A stretch of 64,000 bases of DNA from Laetmonice hystrix (GCA_965235115.1 OZ249436.1:27964001-28028000); one strand, 5' to 3'. Numbered from the stretch's first letter, positions 27,470 to 39,225 are shown. The notes: generated from the sequence alone by a model not told the origin. Translations and numbers: made by a program.

Positions 27470-27814
27470 CAAGGGAGACTTGGAAATCTGTTACACCAAG
27501 AATCTCCCGAAAATCACCAAAAAAATGTCTACAGAAAAAAAAATCCGACAATCACTGTGATAATGTCTACGATGCTATGCTCAAAAGTTGAAATCTGGAA
27601 GATTGATTTTTTTAAATGACAAAAGCCTGTTGTAATCACACTTGGCATGACTTTTATTTTCAATCAAAGTCCCCGTCAAATGGCACGAAAATGCATATTT
27701 GAATGTCTATTATTGACAATTTTCCCCAGACCCCCCTATCAGGGCTTCGCGACTGACGCCGCTCGCAATTCCTAAACCTCCAGAAATTCAAGCTCCACCA
27801 GGTTGGCAACACTG
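27470..27814. mobile_element. One-ended relic of a hAT-like MITE
   Basis: Ends in GGTTGGCAACACTG, the reverse complement of the common hAT-type terminus CAGTGTTGCCAACC. The partner TIR was not found, so the left boundary is a guess. Confidence 0.35.
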
Positions 27815-28641
27815 TAGTATACCCATATATTATATCGGTATACAGCGCTTTTGCGTTCATTGAATAAACGCCTCTTTTTTGGAATGATAACTTTTCGATG
27901 ACATATGACACTCCTGTTGCGAGAGAAAGAGAGGACATTGTAATTGTACATGTGAGTCACAAAGACTGTAGTTATGGTTGGTACTGTTACTGTCCGCCAT
28001 GTAGTATAGTGCGGCCTTTGTCAACGACAGAAATCCCATGTGACTTGGCATCTCATCTTTCTTGAATCGAGCTTCTGGTTAATTATTTCCAGGTATCATT
28101 ATTTATTCTGTATCACATGATAACATTGGAAATTTAACGCAATTTTTATTTTGTTGTTAGAAATGGGAGTGCTGCACATGCCTTATCTGTTCCGTTTGAT
28201 GTGTTTCGTTACTTACCCTACAATTAGGGGCCTACAGTTGGAGCAATGTATCATGTAGTTTCCTTTTTCTTCTCGGTGTCTTTCAGTTTTTAAATTGAAC
28301 ACACGAGGCCTTGTTAATGCGTCTTTAGAGTGTGCTTACCATGCCTCTGAGAACAAAGGATATCGTGTCTATGCTCCAGTGTGTATTGAAGAACATCTTA
28401 TAGATTGTTCATGACAGTTTATCTAAAGGAAGCCAACAACATGCCTTATTGGTGAATCCTATTACAATCCAGATTGAAAGGGGGCCTAGCCCGGCTCGCA
28501 ATTAACACGACCGACACGTTGGTTGGTCGTATATTGAAAGGCCTGTTCTTGTCTTCTCCACGTCCGACCGGAGTGTCTATAGATCAGAGAGCAGATTGTA
28601 AAACGTTAACCGGGAACGTTAACCCAAACGATGTCATTCCT

Positions 28642-29811
28642 GGCGGAGACTACCCTGTCTGTTATACAATAATACCCTGTCTGTTATACAATAATACCAC
28701 TGCGGAGACTACCCTGTCTGTTATACAATAATACCCTGTCTGTTATACAATAATACCACTGCGGAGACTACCCTGTCTGTTATACAATAATACCACTGCG
28801 GAGACTACCCTGTCTGTTATACAATAATACCACTGCGGAGACTACCCTGTCTGTTATACAATAATACCCTGTCTGTTATACAATAATACCCTGTCTGTTA
28901 TACAATAATACCCTGTCTGTTATACAATAATACCCTGTCTGTTATACAATAATACCACTGCGGAGACTACCCTGTCTGTTATACAATAATACCACTGCGG
29001 AGACTACCCTGTCTGTTATACAATAATACCCTGTCTGTTATACAATAATACCACTGCGGAGACTACCCTGTCTGTTATACAATAATACCCTGTCTGTTAT
29101 ACAATAATACCACTGCGGAGACTACCCTGTCTGTTATACAATAATACCACTGCGGAGACTACCCTGTCTGTTATACAATAATACCACTGCGGAGACTACC
29201 CTGTCTGTTATACAATAATACCCTGTCTGTTATACAATAATACCACTGCGGAGACTACCCTGTCTGTTATACAATAATACCCTGTCTGTTATACAATAAT
29301 ACCACTGCGGAGACTACCCTGTCTGTTATACAATAATACCCTGTCTGTTATATAATAATACCACTGAGGAGACTACCCTGTCTGTTATACAATAATACCA
29401 CTGCGGAGACTACCCTGTCTGTTATACAATAATACCCTGTCTGTTATATAATAATACCACTGAGGAGACTACCCTGTCTGTTATACAATAATACCACTGC
29501 GGAGACTACCCTGTCTGTTATACAATAATACCACTGCGGAGACTACCCTGTCTGTTATACAATAATACCACTGCGGAGACTACCCTGTCTGTTATACAAT
29601 AATACCACTGCGGAGACTACCCTGTCTGTTATACAATAATACCACTGCGGAAACTACCCTGTCTGTTATACAATAATACCACTGCGGAGACTACCCTGTC
29701 TGTTACACAATAATACCACTGCGGAGACTACCCTGTCTGTTACACAATAATACCACTGCGGAGACTACCCTGTCTGTTATACAATAATACCACTGCGGAG
29801 ACTACCCTGTC
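28642..29811. repeat. Two-unit minisatellite (22-bp core plus optional 15-bp linker = 37 bp)
   Basis: Core CCCTGTCTGTTATACAATAATA interspersed irregularly with the linker CCACTGCGGAGACTA. Confidence 0.98.
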
Positions 29812-30092
29812 TTCACCCCACAATCGCTTAGGGTGTTGACTCTAGGCGTTTCTAGGGAGCTTCAAAGGGGTTTGGGGCGTGGGTGGTTGTCTTGTTTTAT
29901 GGACCTCGCATCGTAGTAATATGTAAGATATACATGGAACATAAAACTCATTCGGCTGGAACCCTTGAAATAACCATCCAGATAGTTACGTTCGATTTAT
30001 AGTCGAGTTATAGTTCGATTTCCCCAATTATATGTTAAACTCGCTTTTAGGTATTGGATAATATCTTCAATGACAATGTGTACCTCCATTAA

Positions 30093-30544
30093 AGGGAGGG
30101 TAAACAGACACGGCAAATAAGGTTTCGTAGACCAAATGGAACACCAGCATTTACCTCAGGGCAATAAATGCCACAATTACGTTGTCTGAATGAAGTAATT
30201 AACGTGTAACTGCCCGATGTGTGACGCCGCTGGTTCTGACCTTGACCTGCTTGTGTGTTCATCACAGCCGAATGGTGCATACCACGGCATATTGCGTAAC
30301 ATTACGTGTTACTCTGCTCACAGACCTTGTCTACACGATGTTTGGAGTCCCAACGTTTGTAAACGTCCGAGATGATGAACACACAAGCAGAGCAAAGTTA
30401 GAACCAGCGGCGTCACACATCGGGCAGTTACACGTTAATTACTTCATTCAGACAACGTAATTGTGGCATTTATTGCCCTGAGGTAAATGCTGGTGTTTCA
30501 TTTGATCTACGAAACCTTATTTGCCGTGTGTGCTTTCCATCCCT
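30093..30544. mobile_element. TTAA-flanked palindromic MITE (Kolobok-type) with TIRs of about 170 bp
   Basis: TTAA|AGGGA...TCCCT|TTAA. 30093-30264 is a near-perfect reverse complement of 30373-30544, with a spacer of about 110 bp. Confidence 0.93.
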
Positions 30545-32369
30545 TTAAGGACGCACGTGTCTGGGAAAGGGTGAGGTGGGGTGGAGGTACCAGGTTTATC
30601 CATCCATGTTTAAGATAAGGCAATGTACAACACTATAGTACCCCCCCCCCCCCTTAAATCACTTTACTAAATCCGACACTGCAAGTAATGCGGAGAAAAA
30701 GGACTTTCTAAAGGAAGTCAGGTCACCTAGGATGAGGCTTGCTCCATGCCGCCTACACAAGGAGGTCAGGTAACACAGGCCAGGCTCTTACAGCAAAACT
30801 GTGAATGGTGCCGTAGAATGTTTTTATATTATAGAGAGGTCGGCGCGATCGAATTGGGTCTCAACCTTTTAAAATTAAAAAAATAAAACGGCAATAGAAA
30901 TCCAATGCCTGCAAAATTACTTAGGACAGCAATTTCTTGAATTAAAGGCGTTCCTTTGCCTTCCGACAAGATGTTCTATCGGATCTTCCAGTCAAAGAAG
31001 GAGGTAGTCTTGCCCACTGAGTGACCTCTCTGAGTGTATTCGCCATCACCGCGGACTCCAGTCATGTCCAGTGATGGCTATTGGTGGTCTGACGTTCCCT
31101 CCCAATATACGGCAACGTTTCAGTATTTTTATGGACGTTTCTCCTGTCCAGATCTGCCGCGTGTGATATTAAACTTTTGTGCCGCTGTCGGCTACGGATG
31201 CCGAGCGATAGAGTGTTGATGCAGCGCTGTTTTCTTACGAAAGGGAATCGTCGGTAATTCATGAGTCGACTCGGCGGCCGCACCTCAGGAGGTCAAGGGT
31301 GTCGCCCCCTGTTGGCCGAGAGCGAGCCAGGATTCCGTCGTCAATATTGCATTTCGGTGCTTGCTTGCTTGCGTCACAGTTTGCTCAGGGGCACACATGG
31401 AAAGGACTCGAATACGTACCCGTAGAGGTTCATCTTAGCATGCAGTAGATTACAGAGCAGTGTTATTACCGCAACCCCTTGATCAGGGTCGTAATTTGTA
31501 GACTGGCTCAGAAATCTTAGGCGGGGGGTTATATATCATTTGCAACCGTGCAGCTAGGCACGTTTCGAGACCCGGGCCGCATAGATCGCATTGTGGTCTA
31601 GCAGTAAAGCGTGCAGGGAAGGAAGGAGTTTCTCGTGTTCATCAAGTGAGGGATTTGCATCCGTGGGGCTGATCTGGCAGTACAACCGTACGAATTAATG
31701 TCCGACTCTATTTTTGCCCTTCACCCCGGAAACACTTTCGATAAATCAGATCTCGGATTCACTGGTTTTGGCCCCTAAGCGTTGGCGATCCGAAGGAAAA
31801 TATTATGTGTATCATTCATTAAGAAAATCCCTCATCTGCCCCATTAGAATGAATTTATGCTGGTGCAAATAATCTTTCACATTGCTCCGTTTAGGCCGAA
31901 TTTATACATTATAAGCTAAAGTCGACCTTTTATTGCGGTAGGCCGTCAGTTTGGGCTGCGATAAAGTAAGGTTGAAGTTTTCTTAGTTTTTAAATTTCAG
32001 TTAAATTATTGAAAGTTTAGTCAGTTCGTATTCGTTCAGGCCTATCCCCTGTGGGAATGACTGGCACCGTGTAAAGCAAAACCCTTGTTCATGGCAAAGC
32101 CAACATGTAGTTTCTTTCAACCAGGATCAAGTAGCATCGTTGCGGTTATAGTGACACAGGAGCGCAGAATGTGAACTCCGAGTCGTAACAGGTTTGATGT
32201 AGTACTGCTGGTGGTTAACCCTCTTACGTTCCGGCGACAAAAACAGTTAAACACAGGATATTGCTTCTATTTATTTCTTAAGGAATCGCACTCGATGCCC
32301 CGAGTCCCGCCCCACCCACCTGACCCCCAATATACCTCTGTGTCTCTGTCTGTCTCTTTCTATCACAAA

Positions 32370-32416
32370 CTCTCTCTCTGTCTGTTTGTCTGTCTCTCTC
32401 TGTCTCTGTCTCTCTC

Positions 32417-32470
<54 letters not shown>
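32370..32470. repeat. (CT)n microsatellite
   Basis: Pure CT run about 32423-32470 with a CTGT-degenerate left part. Confidence 0.98.
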
Positions 32471-32474
<4 letters not shown>

Positions 32475-35427
32475 CGTACGTGTGTCATTGATCCAACATG
32501 TGTGTAAGTCAGAATCATTCATTTAATTTATGTTGTGCGAATTTTGTTTCCTTCTTCATGTCCCCAACAGGGCTCCGTAGTAAACTGAAAGGTTGTGTAA
32601 AAAGACATTCACTTAACCACCAAACCAAATCCGTTTATAGCTATAGAAAAGCAAAATATTTTGATTAAACAGATGCTCTGAGGTGCTGAACAAGGCGAAA
32701 AGCCCTTGTACGGCTGACAATAATGAATAATATAAAATTAATATTAAACTAATATAAAACGATTATGTCCGGTCCACCTGTAACAATGTGTAAACCATCA
32801 TTAAGTAAACACACGGATACACATTATATAGTTCTGTCGAGCAGGGGTCACTGGTAACAAGCAGCAGGCATTTTTAGGCACATCTTCGATGAGGTTTTTT
32901 TTTATATAGATAAATGGATGCCTTTGTTATTAACATGACCCCTCTTTGTGTTGGACATCACCCTCGGACAACGGAGCTTTGTACCGATGTAGGATGAAAT
33001 CCGAGATCCATACATTATAGTGAGCATCTTTGACTTGCGTAGATATTCTACTACATATAGTGCTTTATCTTGTGGTGTATCCAAGGGCCGAATGGGCGGC
33101 GTAAATGAATAAATAAATAAATTTATGAATTAATTAACCCAAAGGTGACTACGTCATCATGTCAGAGATAACAATCTTTCTTGACCTTTTTGAAACGTAA
33201 ACGGTTAGCGGTATTGAGTTAAAGGGGACAAATTGCATCTAATGTTAGAAAAAAATCCAACTATTTCCGATATATCTACCTACATGTTTGTAAATTCCTC
33301 TCAGACCAGACACCAATCATGTTTGCTAGAATATCGTCTTGTAACGTGTCGTATGAACCAGGCAGGAATGTCAACAAGCTGGGGTAAAATGCGATCGTGT
33401 TTTTCAACGTCCAAGTAAGAATGGCACGTTTGCTCGTTCAGTTTCACTATTGTTACAAGTAAATCGATACATAATGTCCACTTGTCCGGTGCGGACACGG
33501 ATACGGACGCGGATACGGACACGGTTAGAAGCACGCTCACGATCGCGCCTATTTGCTGAAATGAACGCCCACAGCAAGGCCTATCGTACGGGAACTTGGG
33601 TATGGCACAGGGGCGTATGGGTAATGAGGACACCGCTTGCCGAACTAGGATTTTTTTTATTTTGAGAAGCTATGGCGGATTTCCCCATGAACCGGTGGTT
33701 ACTCCGGTCTAAGTTTATATAGAGAAAAATCACTACTTGACCTAGGCCTACCTTATGTCACGGGCGTAGTAATCCAACCAGTGATGTGGCGCGTAGTGTT
33801 CCTATTTGGGCCCTGAGTGATATGTAATCTGTAGGAGACCATTCTACGGACGGCCGAAGATTGCCGAGAGGACTCGAACGTGAGAATGGGTTAGACGTTA
33901 ACATATTTACAAGTCGCCGAAGTGGACTGGACCCTTGAGACTTATACCAATCGCACCTCAAGTCGTCACCTGATCAACCTCTATTGTGTACTGTTGATCA
34001 TGGACTCGCGAATGGAGTTCCCCGTATCGTTACCATACAGTCTTATTAAGCCAGTTCTGACAACACGACTGTGGCTTCCTATCCCTAATACCATTACGCG
34101 CAACTCGAGCCCTTACAAAACGCTCTCCATATCGCCACGGTATTGTCAATACTGGACGGCTGTATACACTCAGACATTCACTGGCAACTGCTATTGCACT
34201 TTCAGTCGTTGCAATTTTATTTTTTTAAAGCGTGTTTTTGTCGCCTACATGCAGAACTGTGCATGGAGCATTTTGTCATTTTAGAATCAAAATGCTGATT
34301 ATAAAATGTATATAGTTTGTGAGGCAATCATCAACAGATGCTCACCCCTTCATCGTCATTATGCTGACATTGTTTTTTTTTATTATTATTATTAAATCTT
34401 TTTTCTTTTTTCTTTTGGTAATATAAAAAAATGATGGTGCTCAGCTTTCCATCGATCTCGGCGAGTTGTCTGTAGTTTTCATATTTGCACTAACGGGATG
34501 GATACCGATTTCCTTCTCTCTTTTTTTATTTTTTATTTTTTGTGGTCTCTTTCCTGCCGACGGAATGTTGGTGAAGTAATCGTCATCATCCCGTCTTTCC
34601 TATAACGACTGCCCTGTGTTAGACTTGGCACGGCGGTGGTAGGCTGCGCCCTGTTACAGACTCCATTTTCGCGGTTACCGGAGAGTTGTCAATGATTGAC
34701 CCTCCATTGTGGACTGTGACAAGGCAGACATTGGGGACCGGTCTCGAGACCCATTTGTATTGACCATTCGTATGCCAAAAGACATGGCTTAAATCGCCTT
34801 CAAATGGCGCTTCCACGGTTCTTGGCCTGTATCCTGGGATATTACCTTGGGGAGAAGGACGAACTGGAGGCTTGTAAGGTTCAATGAAAGCAAGGTCTTT
34901 CACGCCAGCACAACCATTTCTGGCCGCTTATCAGGGATAATGTCTTCCCTTGAGTCACAAAATGTTCCTGCTGTCTTAGAACTTTGAGAGGGAATGTATA
35001 TTCAACATTTTAACATCTCTAGAAATAGCCACGCAAACAAAGTACCTGAATACGCATACCAACAAAGCTAAGAATGCTCATACATTAATAGTATTATTAT
35101 CAAAGGTTATCAATTCGCCGTATATTGTACGTCTGAACTTTTGATGTCGGCCATCTTAAGGCACGGGATTCTTCTATTGTTTGTATCTTTCCCAGTCTCG
35201 TAATGATGGACACTAATATTGCAATATTAGTGCCTCCCCGGGAGGCACTAATATTGTGAGAGACGACAGGCAGACAATAATCAAAAGACATTTGTGGGGG
35301 ACAGTGGACGTACAATATGTCTCCTCACTGGCATATAGTGGTGATGAAAACGAATGTCTCTATGGTGATGGCGTTGGCGATGGTACGGATGGTGAAAGAA
35401 AGGGGAACAAAATCCCTAATTCGTCTA

Positions 35428-35800
35428 GGCTGAGACACCCGTGCACCGGGGCGGTTTTCTGGCTGAGACACCGGGGCAGTTTTCTGGCTGAGATACCGGG
35501 GCAGTTTTCTGGCTGAGACACCGGGGCAGTTTTCTGGCTGAGACACCGGGGCAGTTTCCTGGCTGAGACACCCGGGCAGTTTTCTGGCTGAGATACCGGG
35601 GCAGTTTTCTGGCTGAGACACCGGGGCAGTTTTCTGGCTGAGACACCCGGGCAGTTTTTCTGGCTGAGACACCGGGGCGGTTTTCTGGCTGAGACACCGG
35701 GGCAGTTTTCTGACTGAGACACCTGGGCAGTTTTCTGGCTGAGACACCCGAGCAGTTTTCTGGCTGAGACACCCGGGCAGTTTTCTGGCTGAAATACCCG
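35428..35800. repeat. 25-bp satellite, left part (about 14 units)
   Basis: Unit GGCTGAGACACC(C/G)GGGCAGTTTTCT. Interrupted mid-unit at 35800 and resumes at 38940. Confidence 0.97.
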
Positions 35801-35819
35801 GGCCCGGTTATTTTGTTTA

Positions 35820-36024
35820 CTTTTCCACCGTGAGCAAGGGTGAGCTGAGCTGAGCAAGGGTGAGCAGAAGCTCATGCTCACCGTTTTGCTCACTGTTTTC
35901 GTTTTTTCGGGTGTTTTTCCGCGAGCTTGCTCATCATGAACACGCCTCATGGAAAAAAGCAACCCAAGAAAACACGAAAACGCTGAGAATGAGCTCATGC
36001 TCACCCTTGCTCACGGTGGAAAAG
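35820..36024. mobile_element. 205-bp MITE with TA TSD
   Basis: TA|CTTTTCCACCGTGAGCAAGGGTGAGC...GCTCACCCTTGCTCACGGTGGAAAAG|TA, a perfect 26-bp TIR. Confidence 0.92.
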
Positions 36025-36027
36025 TAA

Positions 36028-37344
36028 AGCCCCAGTCCCACCAAAGCCGAATTAGCTACGACGTGTCACGATCTGCTAAATCGTGTAGAATCGGGAAAGG
36101 TCCTAACTCGGTCGTAGATTAGTCTTGATAGATCCTCATAAGTCGCGACAATTTTGAACTGTTCAAAACAATCGGCATTGGTCGGGAAAAAGTTAAGATC
36201 GGGGATATATCGTAGGTCAAACGTTGCTCAGTCGGGAATATAGTCGGGGAACAATCGGGATAGTTCGTTGTTCAGTCCTGCTTTATCGTAGGACAATTGC
36301 CAGAAAATTAAGCCCCAGTCCCACCAAAGCCGATTGTACTACGTTCCATGCCGTTCTATCAAGATCTAAAATTTATTTTAAGTCGTGATGAATCGTGATG
36401 AAATAATGACAACCCGAAGACCTAGCTACGAATTGTCACGTTCAACGGCGACTGGGCAACCGTTTTCCAAAGATCTCTCAACGATCACACTACGTGCTAA
36501 CATGTTCTATCTCGACATCCCCCCGACCTTCCCGACCGAGAAACAAGTTAGCAACGTTCTCTGCCGACCTATGCAGATTGAGCTACGTCCTATCAAGAAC
36601 CCGACCCGATGTTTGACCAACGATGTAGTAACGTTCTATGCCGTCTGAGCCCCAGCCGAGCTACGACCTGTCCCGATGACGTCAGGGCTAGATCTAGGAA
36701 ATGTCTGGCGATTGTCCTACGATCAACCAGGACTGAACAACGAACTATCCCGACTGTCCCACGACTATTCCCGACTGAGCAACGTTTGAACTACGGTATA
36801 TCCCCGATTTGAGCTTTTTCCCGACCAATGCCGATTGTTTTGAACAGTTTAAAATTGTCGGGGTGCAATCGTGGCCTATCCCGACCTATGAGGATCTATC
36901 AAGACTACTGTACGACCGAGTTAGGACCTTTCCCGATTCTACACGATTTATCAGATCGTGACACGTCGTAGCTAATTCGGCTTTGGTGGGACTGGGGCTT
37001 TAGCCCTGATCTAGACCTGATGTCATAGGGACAGGTCGTAGCTCGGCTGGGGCACGGCATAGAACGTTGCTACATCGTTTGTCAATCTTGGTATAGGTCG
37101 CCATACATCGGGCCGGGATCTTGATAGGTCGAAGCTCAATCTGCATAGGTCGGCAGTGAACGTTGCTTTAGTCGTTGCGCTGTCGGGAAGGTCGGGCCGA
37201 TGTCGGGATAGAACATGATAGAATCGTAGCTAGGTCTTCGGGTTTTCATGATTTCATCACGATTCATCACGACTTAAACTAAATTTCAGATCTTGATAGA
37301 ACGGCATAGAACGTCGTACAGTCGGCTTTGGTGGGACTGGGGCT
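36028..37344. mobile_element. Harbinger/Tourist-like MITE, outer copy (interrupted by a second copy of the same family)
   Basis: TAA|AGCCCCAGTCCCACCAAAGCCGA...TCGGCTTTGGTGGGACTGGGGCT|TAA, a 23-bp TIR with a 3-bp TAA TSD. Confidence 0.92.
36311..36999. mobile_element. Harbinger/Tourist-like MITE, inner copy in opposite orientation
   Basis: Same 23-bp TIR, with TTA TSD at 36308-36310 and 37000-37002. Its sequence is the reverse complement of the joined outer halves. Confidence 0.92.
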
Positions 37345-37365
37345 TAAACAAAAAAAACGGGCCCA

Positions 37366-38939
37366 GGGGCCTGTTGCACAATCAACGACAGTACAATAAC
37401 GAAAAATGGGTTGATATTCGTTGACCCTACGACAATGGTAACGACATGTCGTAGATTCTGTTGCATAAAGTCCATCGTTGATTTCTTGCTGGAGCGATGT
37501 TTTCTGTCGTAGCCTGGTCCCCTGCCTACCAGACGCATCCGCTATGTTAGGCCAGGTGCTGGCTGGCAGCACTCTTCATGACAGAGATCGTTCACTTCAT
37601 TCAACCTCTGCCACACCCTGGGTCCTCCCTACTGCCGTTTCAGTGACCCCTGACCTGACCCCCCGGGTATAAACCAGGCTAGCCCAAAGTATACCCCCCC
37701 CCCCAGCCCAGATTATACCCCCATGGTAGAATATCCACAAGTTTATTTCATACAGTTTTTAGATGTTTCAATCGGAATAACTACATACCAACTTCTTGTT
37801 TTAAAATTGTATGTGGGATTTGTATATGGGTGTGTGGGGGGGGGGGGGGGGGTTATAGGCCTAATCTGGGCTAGCCTAGTTTGTACCCCGGGGGCTCCTG
37901 CGTATGTTATTATTATACTGCAACCTCTGACTACACGCGTTTAAGGGAAATTGGAAGTGTGCAAAGTGCCACCCAGTGCCGCGCGTTGTTACCACATCAC
38001 CATGTTCAGCAAGACGCTGAATGTTTACCAGGCTGTAACCTTTAAAATTGATGGGTGACCCCGCCCCTCATTCTTTTCCTCTAAAACTATTACTCAGGCC
38101 CGTAACCGGGGGCTGGCTGGGGAGGGGGGGGGGTCTAAAGACCCCCCCCCCCCCGGACCCAGAGGTCCATGTATAGGCCACACTTATCCAATACTAACTA
38201 GTGTAGTGTTAAAAAATATCTAAGTTGAAGTGAAAAATATAGGTTAGGCCTACTATTTTAGGCATATGGCCTATGTTTATAAAACAGGTAGGGAATAAAG
38301 ACACCTTAAACGACATCGTCAGAATAACGAAAAGTTTATGCAACAGATTCTGGAGGATTTCGGGCATATGCTGGCATTAAATTATATTCCTCTATAACAG
38401 TAGAGTCTTTACTTTGATTCATTTTAAGTCTTTACTTAATTTTCTCATTTTGAAATGTAAACAAATGATATTTATACCCGTTGTTGTGCGGTGAGCCCCC
38501 CTCCGCGTCGGTCTCCTGCGGTAGAGCAGGAGCCGGACTGCAAAGGCCAGGCTGAGCCAAACCACCGACTGCTTATCTAAGCGATATCGACGGATAAACT
38601 GCTCCGAGTCGAAGTATGTGACGGGATCTATATGTGAAAAGAACCGTCGTCGTCTGGAATGACGTTCCATGACTGTTTTCCCTCCCCCCAAAAAGATTTT
38701 AGACTTTCGGTGGATTTAACGAACACCTTTTTGGTGTTCGTAATTTGCGACAGTGAAAAAGGAATAAAGACACCTTGAACGAAATCGTCAGAACAACGAA
38801 AAGTTTATGCAACAGATTCTGGAGGATTTCGGGCTATCGTAACTTACGACACGTCGTAGAACAAGAACGATTTTTTATGCAACGGCTACTGTCGTTTTTC
38901 GTGAAAAATCTGATCTTTATTGTTTATGCAACAGGCCCC
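37366..38939 (-). mobile_element. Non-autonomous PIF/Harbinger element, copy 2
   Basis: Reverse complement of 9431-11069 with the same TIRs and CAG/CTG junction triplets. Lacks about 80 bp corresponding to about 10456-10536. Confidence 0.9.
38478..38670 (-). pseudogene. Harbinger (HARBI1-like) transposase N-terminal remnant, copy 2
   Basis: MERHSRRRRFFSHIDPVTYFDSEQFIRRYRLDKQSVVWL, then after one frameshift STAGDRRGGGLTAQQR|GT. This resembles the helix region preceding the 'LxxxQxxxAL' motif of Harbinger transposases. Confidence 0.65.
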
Positions 38940-39077
38940 TGGACAGTTTTCTGGCTGAGATACCGGGGCAGTTTTCTGGCTGAGACACCCGGGCAGTTTT
39001 CTGGCTGAGACACCCGGACAGTTTTCTAGCTGAGACACCCGGCCAATTTTCTGGCTGAGACACCCGGGCAGTTTTCT
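38940..39077. repeat. 25-bp satellite, right part (about 5.5 units)
   Basis: Same unit and orientation as 35428-35800, resuming in register (GACAGTTTTCT). Confidence 0.97.
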
Positions 39078-39225
39078 CCTGGCTATGAGGAGAGGCAGAG
39101 TCCTATTAGATTAGAACCATCCCGATCAAGCCTTTTAACGACTCAGAACCAAGGCTGTCCCCTCACGAGTTCGCGATGAGGCAGTGTCAACTGTCAACTC
39201 TACTGAAATAATTAGTGGATAGTTT

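Noticed and set aside
28642..29811. CRISPR-like array (22-bp repeat with intervening sequence)
   Set aside because: The intervening 15-mer is essentially invariant rather than a set of unique spacers, there are no cas genes, and the context is eukaryotic.
35325..36004. ORFs with SQPENCPG repeats
   Set aside because: They are translations of a 25-bp (non-triplet) satellite and an adjacent MITE.
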